Of a stretch of 64,000 nt of DNA, positions 49,379 through 59,557 are shown piece after piece (position 1 is the first letter of the stretch; every line of letters starts with the position of its first letter). The position numbers and the translations under genes are program-made. The notes below the pieces were generated by a model, which did not search any database, was not told the DNA's origin, and saw only the letters and a list, made by a program, of their open reading frames with translations. This DNA comes from Pseudomonadota bacterium (GTDB lineage Bacteria; Bdellovibrionota; Bdellovibrionia; Bdellovibrionales; Bdellovibrionaceae), in the NCBI GenBank assembly GCA_041178425.1, contig JBEGVH010000030.1, positions 233,137 through 297,136 on the forward strand, written 5' to 3'.

Positions 49379-51679
49379 ATGGGAATTCGAGCCTTCTGGG
49401 GGAGATCAGCAAAAAACAAGACGAATGGACAGGTCTCCATTTTTTTGGTTTTTTTATTTCAGGTGCTCTTTGTTTTTTTTGCCATGGTCGTTAACGTTGG
49501 CCTCCTCGTTTACTACAAAATTAATTTACAAAATTCCGTCGATCTCGCTGCCTACTACGGAGCCATGAAGCAAGCCGAAATGCTCAATGCGATCGGGCAC
49601 ATCAATTATCAGATGCGCCAAAGCTGGAAGTTGCTGGCCTTTCGCAGTTCGATACTGGGATCACTGGGGCCCGATGACCACCCAGCATCGAACCCAAACC
49701 TATCGGTAAAACCTATTGTTGGAGAAATCCCTTATACGTCGCCACCCGGAAAGCGGGGGTTCCCTATTTTCTGCATAACCATCGCCCAAATATACGGAAA
49801 CCTGATCAATCAAAGCGGCTTGGTTAACACCTCTGATAACCAGTGCAGAAGGACCTCGAATGTCAATTTTCCCGATTTTGCGATTCCACCAGTCCTCTGG
49901 ACACTCCCTGGGTTCAACCAAGGAATCCGCGATGGCGCGATTGCACTTCAAGATAAGTATCTAAACGAATTCAGCGGAGGGGGGTTTCGTAACTTTAACA
50001 CTCTTGCCAGTTTTATTATTCAATTTCGTGCTGATAGTTTGAATCGGCGAAAACTCATTGGTGTCCTTGCAAATTCCATGAGTGGCCGGAGCGACGAGTT
50101 CTTTGATACAGAGGGAAATAGCGTAAGCGATGGAGCTAAAAAAGTGCTCCTCGGAAACCTGGCTCAGCAAAACTCTCAGTCTCTGGGGAATGAATTTCAA
50201 CTCTATAACTCTCTCGCAGACCCCAACTGCGGAGGAGCAAGCGGAGCCAGCGGACAATTCGGGAACACACTCCCGGGCTGGCTTAAGGAGATCGATGTAA
50301 ATCCACTTTTTATCTATTTCGATAGTAGCATAGGAGAATTAAATCCAAACACGGCTGCGGCTCCAACTGCGCAAGATCTTCGTTATATGGGCTATGATGC
50401 AACGAGATCTCTTCCACAGCAATGGGTTAACATCCAAAATCCAGGCGTAAAACAGGCCTTTTTAATAATGAATGAACTCACTAAACTCGGCGGACTCCCC
50501 AACTTTCAGGCTGGTCGCTGGACCGATGCCATTGGAGTCGAGAAAAACCCTTGGTGCATGCCCTATATTGGCTTTAGGGCGACCACGCATCCTAAATTAC
50601 CTTTTATGCCTGCAAGCTTTACTCCCAAGTTGGTGGCAAAAACCTTCGCAAAACCATTTGGGAGTCGCATAGGCCCCTGGTATGGAAAAACTTGGTCGAG
50701 CAACAGTGCCGGCACAACCTCTGATAACACCATTGGATCCACTACAGACGGGAACCTCCCCCCAAGGCAATTACAAGGCGCCACGGGATTCACCACCCCC
50801 CCTAAAGATACAGGCGACCTTTACAAATACACGGCCAACTTCTCGCGATTTGTTGGTGATAACATGGGATTGCTCTCGGAAGGTGTTCGGCAGGGTTATG
50901 GCCGCTTTTTCTGGAAAACAGCGGGCACCGGCATAACTAATCCCTATTGGGCAAAAATGTGGACTGAGCCAAACAGTAAGGCTCTTGAAAATAGCTTGAG
51001 CCCTGCCGACCCATTTTATGCGGGCCCATTTACGGGAGACATTCTATCTGACCCCTTTATTGATAGCTATTACGCAAATTTACCGAATCCAATCCTAGCT
51101 AAAAAATATGCTACAGAAATGCGAAAGGCCGAAATGGCGGCGATTGCTCCTGATCTTTTTGATATTAACTACTACTCGATTGAGCCTCGCTATGATCAGT
51201 TTTATGTTCCTCGACTGACTCAGTTTGTGAAGAATCTTGCACAGCAAAACAATCTAATGGTGCGTGGTGATTTGGGCTGGCGGTATCCAGGCACACCGGG
51301 TGGTGCCGCGGGGAATAGTAATACTAATATTGAAACTCAAATCAACTCATTCAAAACCCACGAATTCCTCACCGCTAGGCCCGGCAATCAAATTTTTCAC
51401 ACCATCACAGACCCATCGTTGATTCTGACCTCTTGGGCAGAGAGCAATATTCTCGACTATAACACCAACGTATGGACTACCAAAGTAGCCAAGTGCGATC
51501 CCTCGGCCAAAATTCCCGAAGGAGATCCATTCTGGTACCCCGGGGCTTGCACTAAAGGTGGACGCACAGGCTACTCGGTTAAAGTGATCTCGCAAAAGTT
51601 TCTCGAAGGTTACATCCCCGAGCTAGGAGGAACCGGACTCGGGGGGCAGATCGTTAACCCACCGTCGCCTAATTTTTAA
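49379..51679 (+). CDS. Large Tad-domain (TadG-like pseudopilin) protein
   Basis: Prepilin-type GQVSIF plus hydrophobic helix, then NVG...LQNSVDLAAYYGA. Confidence 0.82.
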   Translation: MGIRAFWGRSAKNKTNGQVSIFLVFLFQVLFVFFAMVVNVGLLVYYKINLQNSVDLAAYYGAMKQAEMLNAIGHINYQMRQSWKLLAFRSSILGSLGPDDHPASNPNLSVKPIVGEIPYTSPPGKRGFPIFCITIAQIYGNLINQSGLVNTSDNQCRRTSNVNFPDFAIPPVLWTLPGFNQGIRDGAIALQDKYLNEFSGGGFRNFNTLASFIIQFRADSLNRRKLIGVLANSMSGRSDEFFDTEGNSVSDGAKKVLLGNLAQQNSQSLGNEFQLYNSLADPNCGGASGASGQFGNTLPGWLKEIDVNPLFIYFDSSIGELNPNTAAAPTAQDLRYMGYDATRSLPQQWVNIQNPGVKQAFLIMNELTKLGGLPNFQAGRWTDAIGVEKNPWCMPYIGFRATTHPKLPFMPASFTPKLVAKTFAKPFGSRIGPWYGKTWSSNSAGTTSDNTIGSTTDGNLPPRQLQGATGFTTPPKDTGDLYKYTANFSRFVGDNMGLLSEGVRQGYGRFFWKTAGTGITNPYWAKMWTEPNSKALENSLSPADPFYAGPFTGDILSDPFIDSYYANLPNPILAKKYATEMRKAEMAAIAPDLFDINYYSIEPRYDQFYVPRLTQFVKNLAQQNNLMVRGDLGWRYPGTPGGAAGNSNTNIETQINSFKTHEFLTARPGNQIFHTITDPSLILTSWAESNILDYNTNVWTTKVAKCDPSAKIPEGDPFWYPGACTKGGRTGYSVKVISQKFLEGYIPELGGTGLGGQIVNPPSPNF

Positions 51680-51854
51680 TGGATACTGTCTCATAACAAA
51701 ACAAGATTGGCGAGTGGCACGGTCTTCATTGATGGGCGACTCACTATGAAACAACTTTTCGCACATCTATACTAAATACACTGAGTTTACAGGATCTTGG
51801 TATATAATGGTAATGAGACGTGCTTTCGCACCCCTGGGGAAGGAAAACTTGTTT

Positions 51855-53471
51855 ATGTTTTCAGTTCGCTTACGCGTGCCTGTTTTGCTTTACGGCCTAA
51901 TGACGTTTTTAATACTTTTTGCAAACCAAGCTCATGCACAATCAGGAAAACTTTGTGTTAATGTTAAAAGCGCAATTGCGAGTTATCGAACCAACCTCGC
52001 TAATCCCACTTTCGCCGCGAGCAACAGCAGTCCCGCCGTTAAAACAGCCATTAATAATTTAGAAGCTAATTGTCGGCAATATGATGGCTTGGTTAAACTT
52101 TGCCAAGAAAGCAAAGATGAAACCGATTACAACTGCGCCGAATCAAACAACAAAGGTTTAAGTCAATTCTCGAGCATGATGGGTTCCGTCGCCGATATGG
52201 CTTCCATGACTATGAGTCAATCGTGCAGTAAAATGGCCGAGCTATTAAAGATCGGCAATGGAGCCCTAGCAGGATTTCGACTTCAGTGCCTTACAACCCG
52301 AGGCACCTGTGTCGAGAAATGTGGTGCCGCAGAGAAAATAGAAAAAGCGATCGAGAAGGATTTACAGATTCTTGCTCGATCCGGCTCCGTGGTAATTGTG
52401 CAAAACACCCAACCGGCGGCCGAAACAGAAGATCACCGACGACTCTTGAATAAAGAAAATCTTTGCGGGCAGAAGGAAAATCGCCAAAAAAATGAAAGCC
52501 AGGCAGAATGCTTGTCGCGCGTGGAAGCTGACTACGACAAAAAACACCCTTCAAATGCTTCGGAACAAGCTCCGCAAGGGACCGCCCCCGCTAACAGCTA
52601 TTCTCAATTCGAAGATGCTGTTCTTGCAGCCCAACAAGAACTCGGTAAGCCCACTGACCCAGAGTCGCCGACCGCTTTAAAACGCATCTGTAATGCGACC
52701 GCTCAAGAAATGACCGGTAAAGTGGGCATGAACATGGTTTCTCTTATGAGCTCAATGCAACAAAACACGAATTGCGCCAATGAGCTACAAAACATCCCCA
52801 ATAGCGGCATCGACCTCAAAGACTGTAATCTCACTGGCACTTGCACGCCCACCGATCCAGTCTCCGATTGCCAAGACCCGGCTTTTAAAAATTCGATTTA
52901 TTGCCAAGCCGGCCTTAACAATAGCGGCGGCAACACCACAACGGGCGGTGGCCTCAATGGTGGGCTCAATGGCACCAATGGTGGTCTCAACAATGGATTT
53001 GCGGATTCTGGCCTCCTTGACTCTAAAGGAACATTAGGAACTCTCGACGGCAACACAACCGCCGGATCCGATGGCGGCTTTGATCCGAATGATCCAAACA
53101 ATCCTCTTAATCGCTTGGGCGATGGTGGTGGTCAGCGGTCAGCCGGTGTTCCCGGTGGCGGCGGAGGCGGCGGCTTGGGTATTCCTGGAGGTGGCTATAA
53201 TCCCCGCGGCGGCGGTGGCGGTCGTGGCCCCAGCGGTGAAGGCACAAACTTTGGCGGCACTCCCAGTTATGCAGCGGGAGGCTCCTATGGTGGCGGCTCT
53301 GGTAACAACAAAAACGATTTAGACAAATACATGCCTGGTGGTGAAAAAGACCCGGCACTTAATAAAAAAGGAATCGGTCCCGAGGGAATCACGGCCCCAG
53401 GCGGCCTCACTTTGTTTGAAAAAGTCAGCAAGGGTTATAAGAATAATCGATCGACTCTTATGCCGGAGTAA
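51855..53471 (+). CDS. Secreted Cys-rich / Gly-rich hypothetical protein
   Basis: Signal peptide ending AHA-Q; many Cys; G/N-rich low-complexity region; C-terminal TLFEKVSKGY. Confidence 0.8.
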   Translation: MFSVRLRVPVLLYGLMTFLILFANQAHAQSGKLCVNVKSAIASYRTNLANPTFAASNSSPAVKTAINNLEANCRQYDGLVKLCQESKDETDYNCAESNNKGLSQFSSMMGSVADMASMTMSQSCSKMAELLKIGNGALAGFRLQCLTTRGTCVEKCGAAEKIEKAIEKDLQILARSGSVVIVQNTQPAAETEDHRRLLNKENLCGQKENRQKNESQAECLSRVEADYDKKHPSNASEQAPQGTAPANSYSQFEDAVLAAQQELGKPTDPESPTALKRICNATAQEMTGKVGMNMVSLMSSMQQNTNCANELQNIPNSGIDLKDCNLTGTCTPTDPVSDCQDPAFKNSIYCQAGLNNSGGNTTTGGGLNGGLNGTNGGLNNGFADSGLLDSKGTLGTLDGNTTAGSDGGFDPNDPNNPLNRLGDGGGQRSAGVPGGGGGGGLGIPGGGYNPRGGGGGRGPSGEGTNFGGTPSYAAGGSYGGGSGNNKNDLDKYMPGGEKDPALNKKGIGPEGITAPGGLTLFEKVSKGYKNNRSTLMPE

Positions 53472-53473
53472 CT

Positions 53474-54610
53474 ATGACGATGAGAGAAAATTTTTTAGTT
53501 GTAATAATGATCTCAACTTTTATTTATCCCAAGGTTAGTCTTGCCCAAAATAACCAAGGCGTCAATTTTAGCGGTGTAGACACCGCCACCGCTTCGGGTA
53601 GTGCCAAGCAGGGCTCAAGCGACCAAGCGGCTGGTGCCGCATTGAATGGAACATTGGCTGGAACGATGGCCGTAGCAGGCGCCTACTATAAAGCAGAAGC
53701 TGCTACATGTGCCGCAGCTGCCGCAACCGGCTGCAATCCTGCCCCGCTTGAAATGCAGTCTACATTTTATTTCATCCAAGCGGCCCTCGGGGCCGCCCAA
53801 GCCCTCGCTCAAGGACTTACCTCTGGGGCCAACAACGATAAGTCTAATACTTTTAGAAATGGACTCAATTTCCCGAATGGAAAAAACTCTCCCCCCAATA
53901 CGAATACTACCCCTCCCGCAGTTGATCCAAATAACCAGGACCCAGATTCGAACCCGTTGGCTGATGATCCCGATAAGGGTCGACTTCCTGATCCCGACAA
54001 AACTGATACCAATACTATTGCTGGTTTGAGTCCAAATTCATTAGATGCATTGAAAGGTCTCTCTCCTGGTGCCTACGAAGCAATTAAAAAACTCGGTGCT
54101 GCTGGCTATAAAATCGATCCAAAAACAAGTTCGGTGACAACTCCCGATGGAACCACCATTACCCCCTCAGATGCCTCAAATCCTTCGACTCTAGATTCTA
54201 AGTTGGGTCTGAGCCCTGGAACATCCGCAAGAGGAATGCAAGCTGTTCAAGACATCGCAAAAAAATACCAAGCTGATCATGGTGGTCTCGGCGGAGGCAG
54301 TGGCGATGGCTCGTTGGCAGGGGCCGGCAGTGGCGCTGATGGGTATGGAGCCGGCGACAAAGAGGGCCCTGGTGGCAAATACAATCCCAATAAATCCGGA
54401 GCCAAACCTGGGGACGTGGCAGGTCGCCTACCGGCCTCGGCGCTCGTAGCAGGTCTCACTTCTAAGTACAACGGCGAAAATATCGGTGTGGCTGCCGACA
54501 ATATCTTCACGATGGTTCAACGCCGCTATCAACTCAAGAACGAGCAAGATTCTTTTATTATTACGGATCAACCGAATCAAAAAAGTTTCTTTAATGCCCC
54601 CCGAAATTAA
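53474..54610 (+). CDS. Secreted Ala/Gly-rich hypothetical protein
   Basis: Starts 2 nt after the previous stop; signal peptide ending SLA-Q; Ala-rich helices with a Cys pair; C-terminal NIFTMVQRRY. Confidence 0.8.
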   Translation: MTMRENFLVVIMISTFIYPKVSLAQNNQGVNFSGVDTATASGSAKQGSSDQAAGAALNGTLAGTMAVAGAYYKAEAATCAAAAATGCNPAPLEMQSTFYFIQAALGAAQALAQGLTSGANNDKSNTFRNGLNFPNGKNSPPNTNTTPPAVDPNNQDPDSNPLADDPDKGRLPDPDKTDTNTIAGLSPNSLDALKGLSPGAYEAIKKLGAAGYKIDPKTSSVTTPDGTTITPSDASNPSTLDSKLGLSPGTSARGMQAVQDIAKKYQADHGGLGGGSGDGSLAGAGSGADGYGAGDKEGPGGKYNPNKSGAKPGDVAGRLPASALVAGLTSKYNGENIGVAADNIFTMVQRRYQLKNEQDSFIITDQPNQKSFFNAPRN

Positions 54611-54649
54611 CTTTAGTTTTATTTTTTAATTTTAAAATAATTCTTATTT

Positions 54650-54674
54650 AGAGCCGCTCTCCGCGGCTCTTTTG
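54650..54674 (+). terminator. Intrinsic terminator
   Basis: AGAGCCGC-TCTCC-GCGGCTCT-TTT. Confidence 0.75.
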
Positions 54675-54766
54675 CGTTGGAGTGAGCCAAAACGAACAGA
54701 GATAACTCCCGATCTGAGACACTCAAAATTAACTTGGTTTTGACAGACTTTATTTTCAGAACCCTC

Positions 54767-54793
54767 TTTAGTCCAGTCCAGCCGAGCCGATAA
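54767..54793 (+). promoter_or_regulatory. Probable sigma28 promoter of the PilZ gene
   Basis: Perfect -10 GCCGATAA (54786-54793), weak -35 TTTAG at the expected spacing. Confidence 0.5.
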
Positions 54794-54833
54794 GTTTAAG
54801 GTAAATAGGAAGCACAAGAAAGGTTTCACCTCA

Positions 54834-55274
54834 ATGAAAGCTGAACGTCGCATAACCAACAGAAAAGAAGTCTACCCCTTGAGAATATCATCACTGGCGG
54901 TTGTTGAGAGCATGGCAAAGCTTGTTCGCCATGGCTCAATTATCAATGCCTCCACTCAGGGTATGCTTTTGCATATTCGCCGCGAAGACATCATTCCTCG
55001 CTCTTTGAAAAACACACTAACCCTTGACTCACTTATTGGTGATTTGGTGGTGATTCGAATTGAAGAAATGAATTTAGAGCTCTCAGGCAAAGTGTCGCGC
55101 ACTCGCCTCTTGGGCAAAGAGGGATTTGAAATTGCCCTCGATTACACAAACGATGCACCAGAGTATTGGCGCGAGTGTTTAATGGACCTACTCCCAACGC
55201 CGCAAGAGTTTAATGACCTCCAAAGCGGCGCCGGCAATGTGTTTCCGTTAAAGGCCCACAAAGGGAATCGGTAA
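54834..55274 (+). CDS. PilZ domain protein
   Basis: RRITNR (RxxxR) and NASTQG (D/NxSxxG) c-di-GMP-binding motifs. Confidence 0.8.
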   Translation: MKAERRITNRKEVYPLRISSLAVVESMAKLVRHGSIINASTQGMLLHIRREDIIPRSLKNTLTLDSLIGDLVVIRIEEMNLELSGKVSRTRLLGKEGFEIALDYTNDAPEYWRECLMDLLPTPQEFNDLQSGAGNVFPLKAHKGNR

Positions 55275-55898
55275 TTCTTTTTCAGACACCAAGGCCACTT
55301 GATAGTGAGGCGGCAAAAACCAAGCAATCGCCTCCAAGATGCCCTGATGCTCACTCTGCACAGGGTTTCCTAAGCTCTCCACCGAAAAAGCGAGTTCATA
55401 AGCTTTACCATCCAATGTAAATGATAAAATTTTAGGAGCGAGCACTCCCTGTTGTACAAAGAACTCTTTAATCACTTTTCTAACATACCCCGGAAGATAG
55501 CCCTCAGCGGGCTCACCCGATGCTTTGATGTCTTTGACTTGAAATTCAAAAACCCCTTCGCGAGCCAGAGGTTGCTCTCGAAAAAACAATCCGGTTTCTT
55601 TAAAATTCCACAACATCCCGTAAGTAAATACAAAATCAGGGTATTCTTTGTGAGGATTCAACACTAGGCCAATCCCTTTATCAAAAAGCCATTGAAGAAT
55701 GCGTTGAAACGGCTCGGTGGAATCAGGCTCCGTTTTAGTCAAAAGATAGGGCCAACCATCGGGCCCTGATTGCGGCTCTTGAGTGAAAATATCGAGGTTG
55801 CCCGTCGAGAGGGCGTGAAACAATTTGGTTTCCCAAGCGGCATCGCGCTGATCATCTGGAGTATTAAGAATTTCTGTTAAAGAAAGTGTCTCTTGCAT
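55248..55898 (-). CDS. Hypothetical protein (possible SseB-like)
   Basis: GGAG RBS; GPDGWPY, GIGLVLNP and WFLPPHY segments. Family guess is weak. Confidence 0.6.
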   Translation of the reverse strand: MQETLSLTEILNTPDDQRDAAWETKLFHALSTGNLDIFTQEPQSGPDGWPYLLTKTEPDSTEPFQRILQWLFDKGIGLVLNPHKEYPDFVFTYGMLWNFKETGLFFREQPLAREGVFEFQVKDIKASGEPAEGYLPGYVRKVIKEFFVQQGVLAPKILSFTLDGKAYELAFSVESLGNPVQSEHQGILEAIAWFLPPHYQVALVSEKELPIPFVGL

Positions 55899-55992
55899 GG
55901 GTTCTCCCGTTTTCGAATTTATTTCATGCCTCAAAGGTGTTTACTAAAGTTTACTCGCCTATAAAAGAAATATTTGCTAAGGCTGGGCGTGA

Positions 55993-56478
55993 ATGGTCAC
56001 TATTGTTTGGATTCTCTTTATTTTCATGGTTCTCATGGGTTTTGCCGGCATCTTGCTACCTGGCTTGCCTGGCCTTTTAATGTTTTTCCTCGCCAGTCTG
56101 ATGGTTTATATTTTTGTTCCCGGTGTGCTTTCTGCGTGGACCGTTTTTCTAATGCTAGTAGGATTTTTGGCGAGCTTTCCTATTGATATTTTAGGCACTC
56201 TGATCGGAGCCAAGTGGGGTCGCGCCACTAAATGGGGCCTTTTCGGCGCCTCCGTTGGAGGCTTTACTGGCTTATTTTTTGGATTCCCTGGGCTAATTAT
56301 TGGCCCCATCGTGGGAGCCTTCACGGGTGAATACTTGTTTAAACGCCGAAGCCTCAAAGAGTCAGTTAATGCCGGCGCGGGTGCCGGAATGGGTTTATTC
56401 ATTTCAACCGCGGGTAAAATGCTTCTCGCCTTTTTTCTGATCGCCGCCCTCGTTATTGATATTTTCTTTGTCGTTTAA
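55993..56478 (+). CDS. DUF456 family membrane protein
   Basis: GILLPGLPG, GLIIGPIVGAFTGE; Gly-rich TM helices. Confidence 0.85.
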   Translation: MVTIVWILFIFMVLMGFAGILLPGLPGLLMFFLASLMVYIFVPGVLSAWTVFLMLVGFLASFPIDILGTLIGAKWGRATKWGLFGASVGGFTGLFFGFPGLIIGPIVGAFTGEYLFKRRSLKESVNAGAGAGMGLFISTAGKMLLAFFLIAALVIDIFFVV

Positions 56479-56552
56479 TGACTCGATAGTTTCGAGTTAG
56501 ATCTTTACGGGTAAAATTTTTCATGGTAGCCCTTGAGAACAACCTGATCTGC

Positions 56553-56642
56553 GGAGAGGTGGGAGAGTGGTTGAATCCGCTTGCCTGGAACGCAAGTAGG
56601 CTCGCAAGGGTCTCGCGAGTTCGAATCTCGCCCTCTCCGCCA
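56553..56642 (+). tRNA. tRNA-Ser (GGA)
   Basis: Acceptor GGAGAGG/CCTCTCC, anticodon arm CTTGC-CTGGAAC-GCAAG, long variable arm, GTTCGAATC, encoded CCA. Confidence 0.97.
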
Positions 56643-56656
56643 AATTTTGGATCCCT

Positions 56657-57712
56657 ATGAAACTCTACTTCGATGTTTCTTGCCTCAGCTACGAACAAAT
56701 TACGGGAATCGGAAACTATACCAAACAACTATTTTTGCATTTAAACGAAATTTCCAGTGGGCAACTGAATCCTATTTCGAGCATTAGTCGACTAAAGCGC
56801 AGAAAAATTATTGAGTCTCACATTTCTCAACCAATTCCGCTGAATCTTTTGAACCGCTATTTTTATTCTGACCAAACAATCCTTCACACTCCCGATCATC
56901 GCCAACCCATCATGAGAGCCGATGTGTACGTACAAACGATTCACGATGTGGCGATGCTCGAAGATTATGAGTTTTCAAATCCGAACTTTAAAAAAACTTT
57001 CGCACACCGATTCAACCAGCTGTTTCAATCGGAAAAAATCGATCATTTTGTGACGGTTTCTCATTTTACTAAAAATCGCGTTCTCGCATTTTTTCCGCAC
57101 CTCGAAAACAAAATCTCGGTTATCCATGCGGGCACGACATTGCCATCTACGAATCCAGGCAACAGCGAGAGATACCCATGGCCCTACATTCTTTGTGTGG
57201 GAACTATAGAAAAACGCAAGAACACAAAGACTCTCGTTGAGGCTTTCGAAGCCATTGCCTCCCGCAACCACGAGTTGCGATTAGTTTTAATTGGCAAAGA
57301 AGGCTACGGATCAGAAGACACACTAAAAGCCATCGATGCTAATCCTTTTAAGGATCGAATTATTTGGAGACAGTTTGTTTCGGCCGATGAACTGAAAACA
57401 GCTTATCGATATGCCGAGGTTTTCACAATGCCCTCCGTTTATGAAGGCTTCGGGCTTCCTGTACTAGAGGCCCTAGCGTTTGGTTGCTCTGTGGTTTGCA
57501 GTGATATTGAACCCTTTATCGAAATTGGAGGCGATGCCATTAAAACGGTTTCGCCGTACGATGCGGAGGCGATGGCATCCACCATCGAAGAGGTTTATCT
57601 AAATCAGGAGACTCGGGCGGATCTCAAAAAAAGAGCCCTCATCCAAGCGGCTGGACTGTCGTGGAGTCAATGCGCCCAGAAAACCTGGAACCTTTACTCA
57701 GAGCTAATCTAA
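56657..57712 (+). CDS. GT4 family glycosyltransferase
   Basis: TGIGNY, TIHD, VGTIEKRKN, PSVYEGFGLPVLEA. Confidence 0.93.
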   Translation: MKLYFDVSCLSYEQITGIGNYTKQLFLHLNEISSGQLNPISSISRLKRRKIIESHISQPIPLNLLNRYFYSDQTILHTPDHRQPIMRADVYVQTIHDVAMLEDYEFSNPNFKKTFAHRFNQLFQSEKIDHFVTVSHFTKNRVLAFFPHLENKISVIHAGTTLPSTNPGNSERYPWPYILCVGTIEKRKNTKTLVEAFEAIASRNHELRLVLIGKEGYGSEDTLKAIDANPFKDRIIWRQFVSADELKTAYRYAEVFTMPSVYEGFGLPVLEALAFGCSVVCSDIEPFIEIGGDAIKTVSPYDAEAMASTIEEVYLNQETRADLKKRALIQAAGLSWSQCAQKTWNLYSELI

Positions 57713-57763
57713 GAATTGTATAAGTAACCGTTTTTATGAGAGTTTCCTTTGTCTATTTTTCTC

Positions 57764-57799
57764 TTGAGTAGTACTGCCCGTTTGCTACAATAGTACTAT
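57764..57799 (+). promoter_or_regulatory. Promoter and candidate operator of the MNT-HEPN pair
   Basis: TTGAGT-N16-TACAAT with extended -10 TG; TAGTACT at 57769-57775 and palindrome ATAGTACTAT at 57790-57799. Confidence 0.6.
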
Positions 57800-57852
57800 G
57801 CACCTTGGAGTGATAGTCTCCCTTGCGTAAACAAAGTGTTGAGGTAAATCTC

Positions 57853-58440
57853 ATGGCGCGAAGAGATCCACGAAATCTAAACCGAGAAGTTTCATCATCC
57901 ACGACAGAGCTATCGGGAAAGTTTGTTCTTCGTTTAGATCCTAAGACCCACTCAAAGTTAAAAAAGGAAGCTCAAGCTAAGGGTGAGTCGCTCAACTCAT
58001 TGTGTTTACAAAAGCTACTCGGTGTTGGAATATCACCTTGGCAAAAAATCGTTACGAAAGTTGTTGATCATTATAAACCTCTTGGGATCCTTTTATTTGG
58101 TTCAACAGCCAGAGGAGAAGCAACGACCAAGAGTGATATTGACCTTCTGATCGTCATGCCATCTTCTGTGACTATTAACCGCTCCCTGTACAGTCTTTGG
58201 GATCAGGAATTTAAAGACGACCCAAAAATCTCTCCGCAGTTCGCCCATCTCCCTGATCTAGACGCCGTTGGGGGAATTTGGCTTGAAGCTTCAATTGATG
58301 GCGAAATTCTGCATGATCCCGACGGAGAGCTTAAGACAGCACTTCAATCGATTCGAGTTTTCATTGCGGAGGGCATCTACCAAAGAAAAATGAGTTACGG
58401 GCATCCTTACTGGAAAAGGCAGGATACAAATGCAAAATAA
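57853..58440 (+). CDS. HicB-like RHH fused to minimal nucleotidyltransferase (MNT antitoxin-like)
   Basis: SGKFVLRLDPKTH..L...A...GESLNS RHH; LFGSTARG.....SDIDLL. Confidence 0.88.
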   Translation: MARRDPRNLNREVSSSTTELSGKFVLRLDPKTHSKLKKEAQAKGESLNSLCLQKLLGVGISPWQKIVTKVVDHYKPLGILLFGSTARGEATTKSDIDLLIVMPSSVTINRSLYSLWDQEFKDDPKISPQFAHLPDLDAVGGIWLEASIDGEILHDPDGELKTALQSIRVFIAEGIYQRKMSYGHPYWKRQDTNAK

Positions 58441-58837
58441 GAGCTTAGCGAAGGACTATATCGAAAGGGCAAAAATTCGAGTCGGAGCTGTCGAATATCT
58501 TTATTCCAAGAAGTCATGGGCTGATGTTGTTCGCGAATCACAAGAAATTGTTGAATTGGCACTAAAAGCGCTCTTGATAGAATCTCACATCGATGTCCCT
58601 CGTATTCATGATGTGTCAGGAATACTTCAGCAAGAGGTGTCGAGGATCCCGATGGAGCTGCGAAAAGATTTAGACAGGCTCTGTGATATTTCTCGAAGTT
58701 TACGCCGTGACCGCGAATTGGCTTTTTATGGAAGTGACGATCTCACGCCATCAGAGTTTTATCAGCAAAAGGATGCAAAAGAAGCGTTCGAGTCCGCGCA
58801 ATTTGTGGTTGAAAAGATATCTCTTGTTATCAAGTAA
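58430..58837 (+). CDS. HEPN domain protein
   Basis: Overlaps the MNT stop; SQEIVELALKALL, PRIHD, RELAFYG. Confidence 0.87.
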   Translation: MQNKSLAKDYIERAKIRVGAVEYLYSKKSWADVVRESQEIVELALKALLIESHIDVPRIHDVSGILQQEVSRIPMELRKDLDRLCDISRSLRRDRELAFYGSDDLTPSEFYQQKDAKEAFESAQFVVEKISLVIK

Positions 58838-58856
58838 GTTTCGAGATCTGGCCACC

Positions 58857-59444
58857 CTACCAATCCCAGCGAACTCCAACTTGTTGCAGTCGCTCGAGAG
58901 GGCCACGCGTGGTCTCGTAATAAACACGAGTATCGGCGATGATTTCTTCAACTTTGATTTTTTGAGTATCGTTTGCAGGCTGAAAAGAGTAGTCCACACC
59001 GATGTATCCCGAGTAACTGAGCGTGGCCGATTGCTGAAAGGGTTGAACTTGAGCCTTTAATTTATGGGCGACCTTATCGCCTTGGGGTTTTACGCTGAGT
59101 TCGATCTTAGTTTGTTCCTTTACTTTTTCATTGATAGCTCCCAAGGGAGTACTTTTAAAACTATCCGAATTAATAATTTTTTGGAAACTTCGATCAGCGA
59201 TACGATTAAAAATCACCGCTCCACTATCATTGGGATTCAGATCCATCGGAATAATTTCATTGATTTTTTTGAGTTCAAAAAGACTCTGAGAAGGATCATT
59301 CGGACGCTCTGGAGGAGCCATCATTTTGGCTTCCATAATGTTCATGCAACTGTCTGGCGTGCGCTCAACGTTTTGTGCCCGACTCTGTAATGAGCTCGCC
59401 GTGACCACAAACAATATAATGAAAATTCTCAAACTCTTCTTCAT
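58857..59444 (-). CDS. Secreted hypothetical protein
   Basis: Signal peptide ending SRA-Q; C-terminal strand VGVRWDW. Confidence 0.7.
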   Translation of the reverse strand: MKKSLRIFIILFVVTASSLQSRAQNVERTPDSCMNIMEAKMMAPPERPNDPSQSLFELKKINEIIPMDLNPNDSGAVIFNRIADRSFQKIINSDSFKSTPLGAINEKVKEQTKIELSVKPQGDKVAHKLKAQVQPFQQSATLSYSGYIGVDYSFQPANDTQKIKVEEIIADTRVYYETTRGPLERLQQVGVRWDW

Positions 59445-59557
59445 TACCCTATTGAAATGCAAAGCGTGTTCCCGCCGTTACTCTACTCATCGCAAATGGC
59501 CAACAAATTCCTCTCAACGGGGACCATTTTTGGAAACCCACTGTCACCAAAACAAAC

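Noticed and set aside
51715..51732. Sigma54 promoter TGGCACG
   Set aside because: No GC at the -12 position; the similar site near 34887 fails for the same reason.
52920..53310. Tandem DNA repeats (GGTGGCCTCAAT-like)
   Set aside because: Explained by the in-frame GGLN and Gly-rich protein linker.
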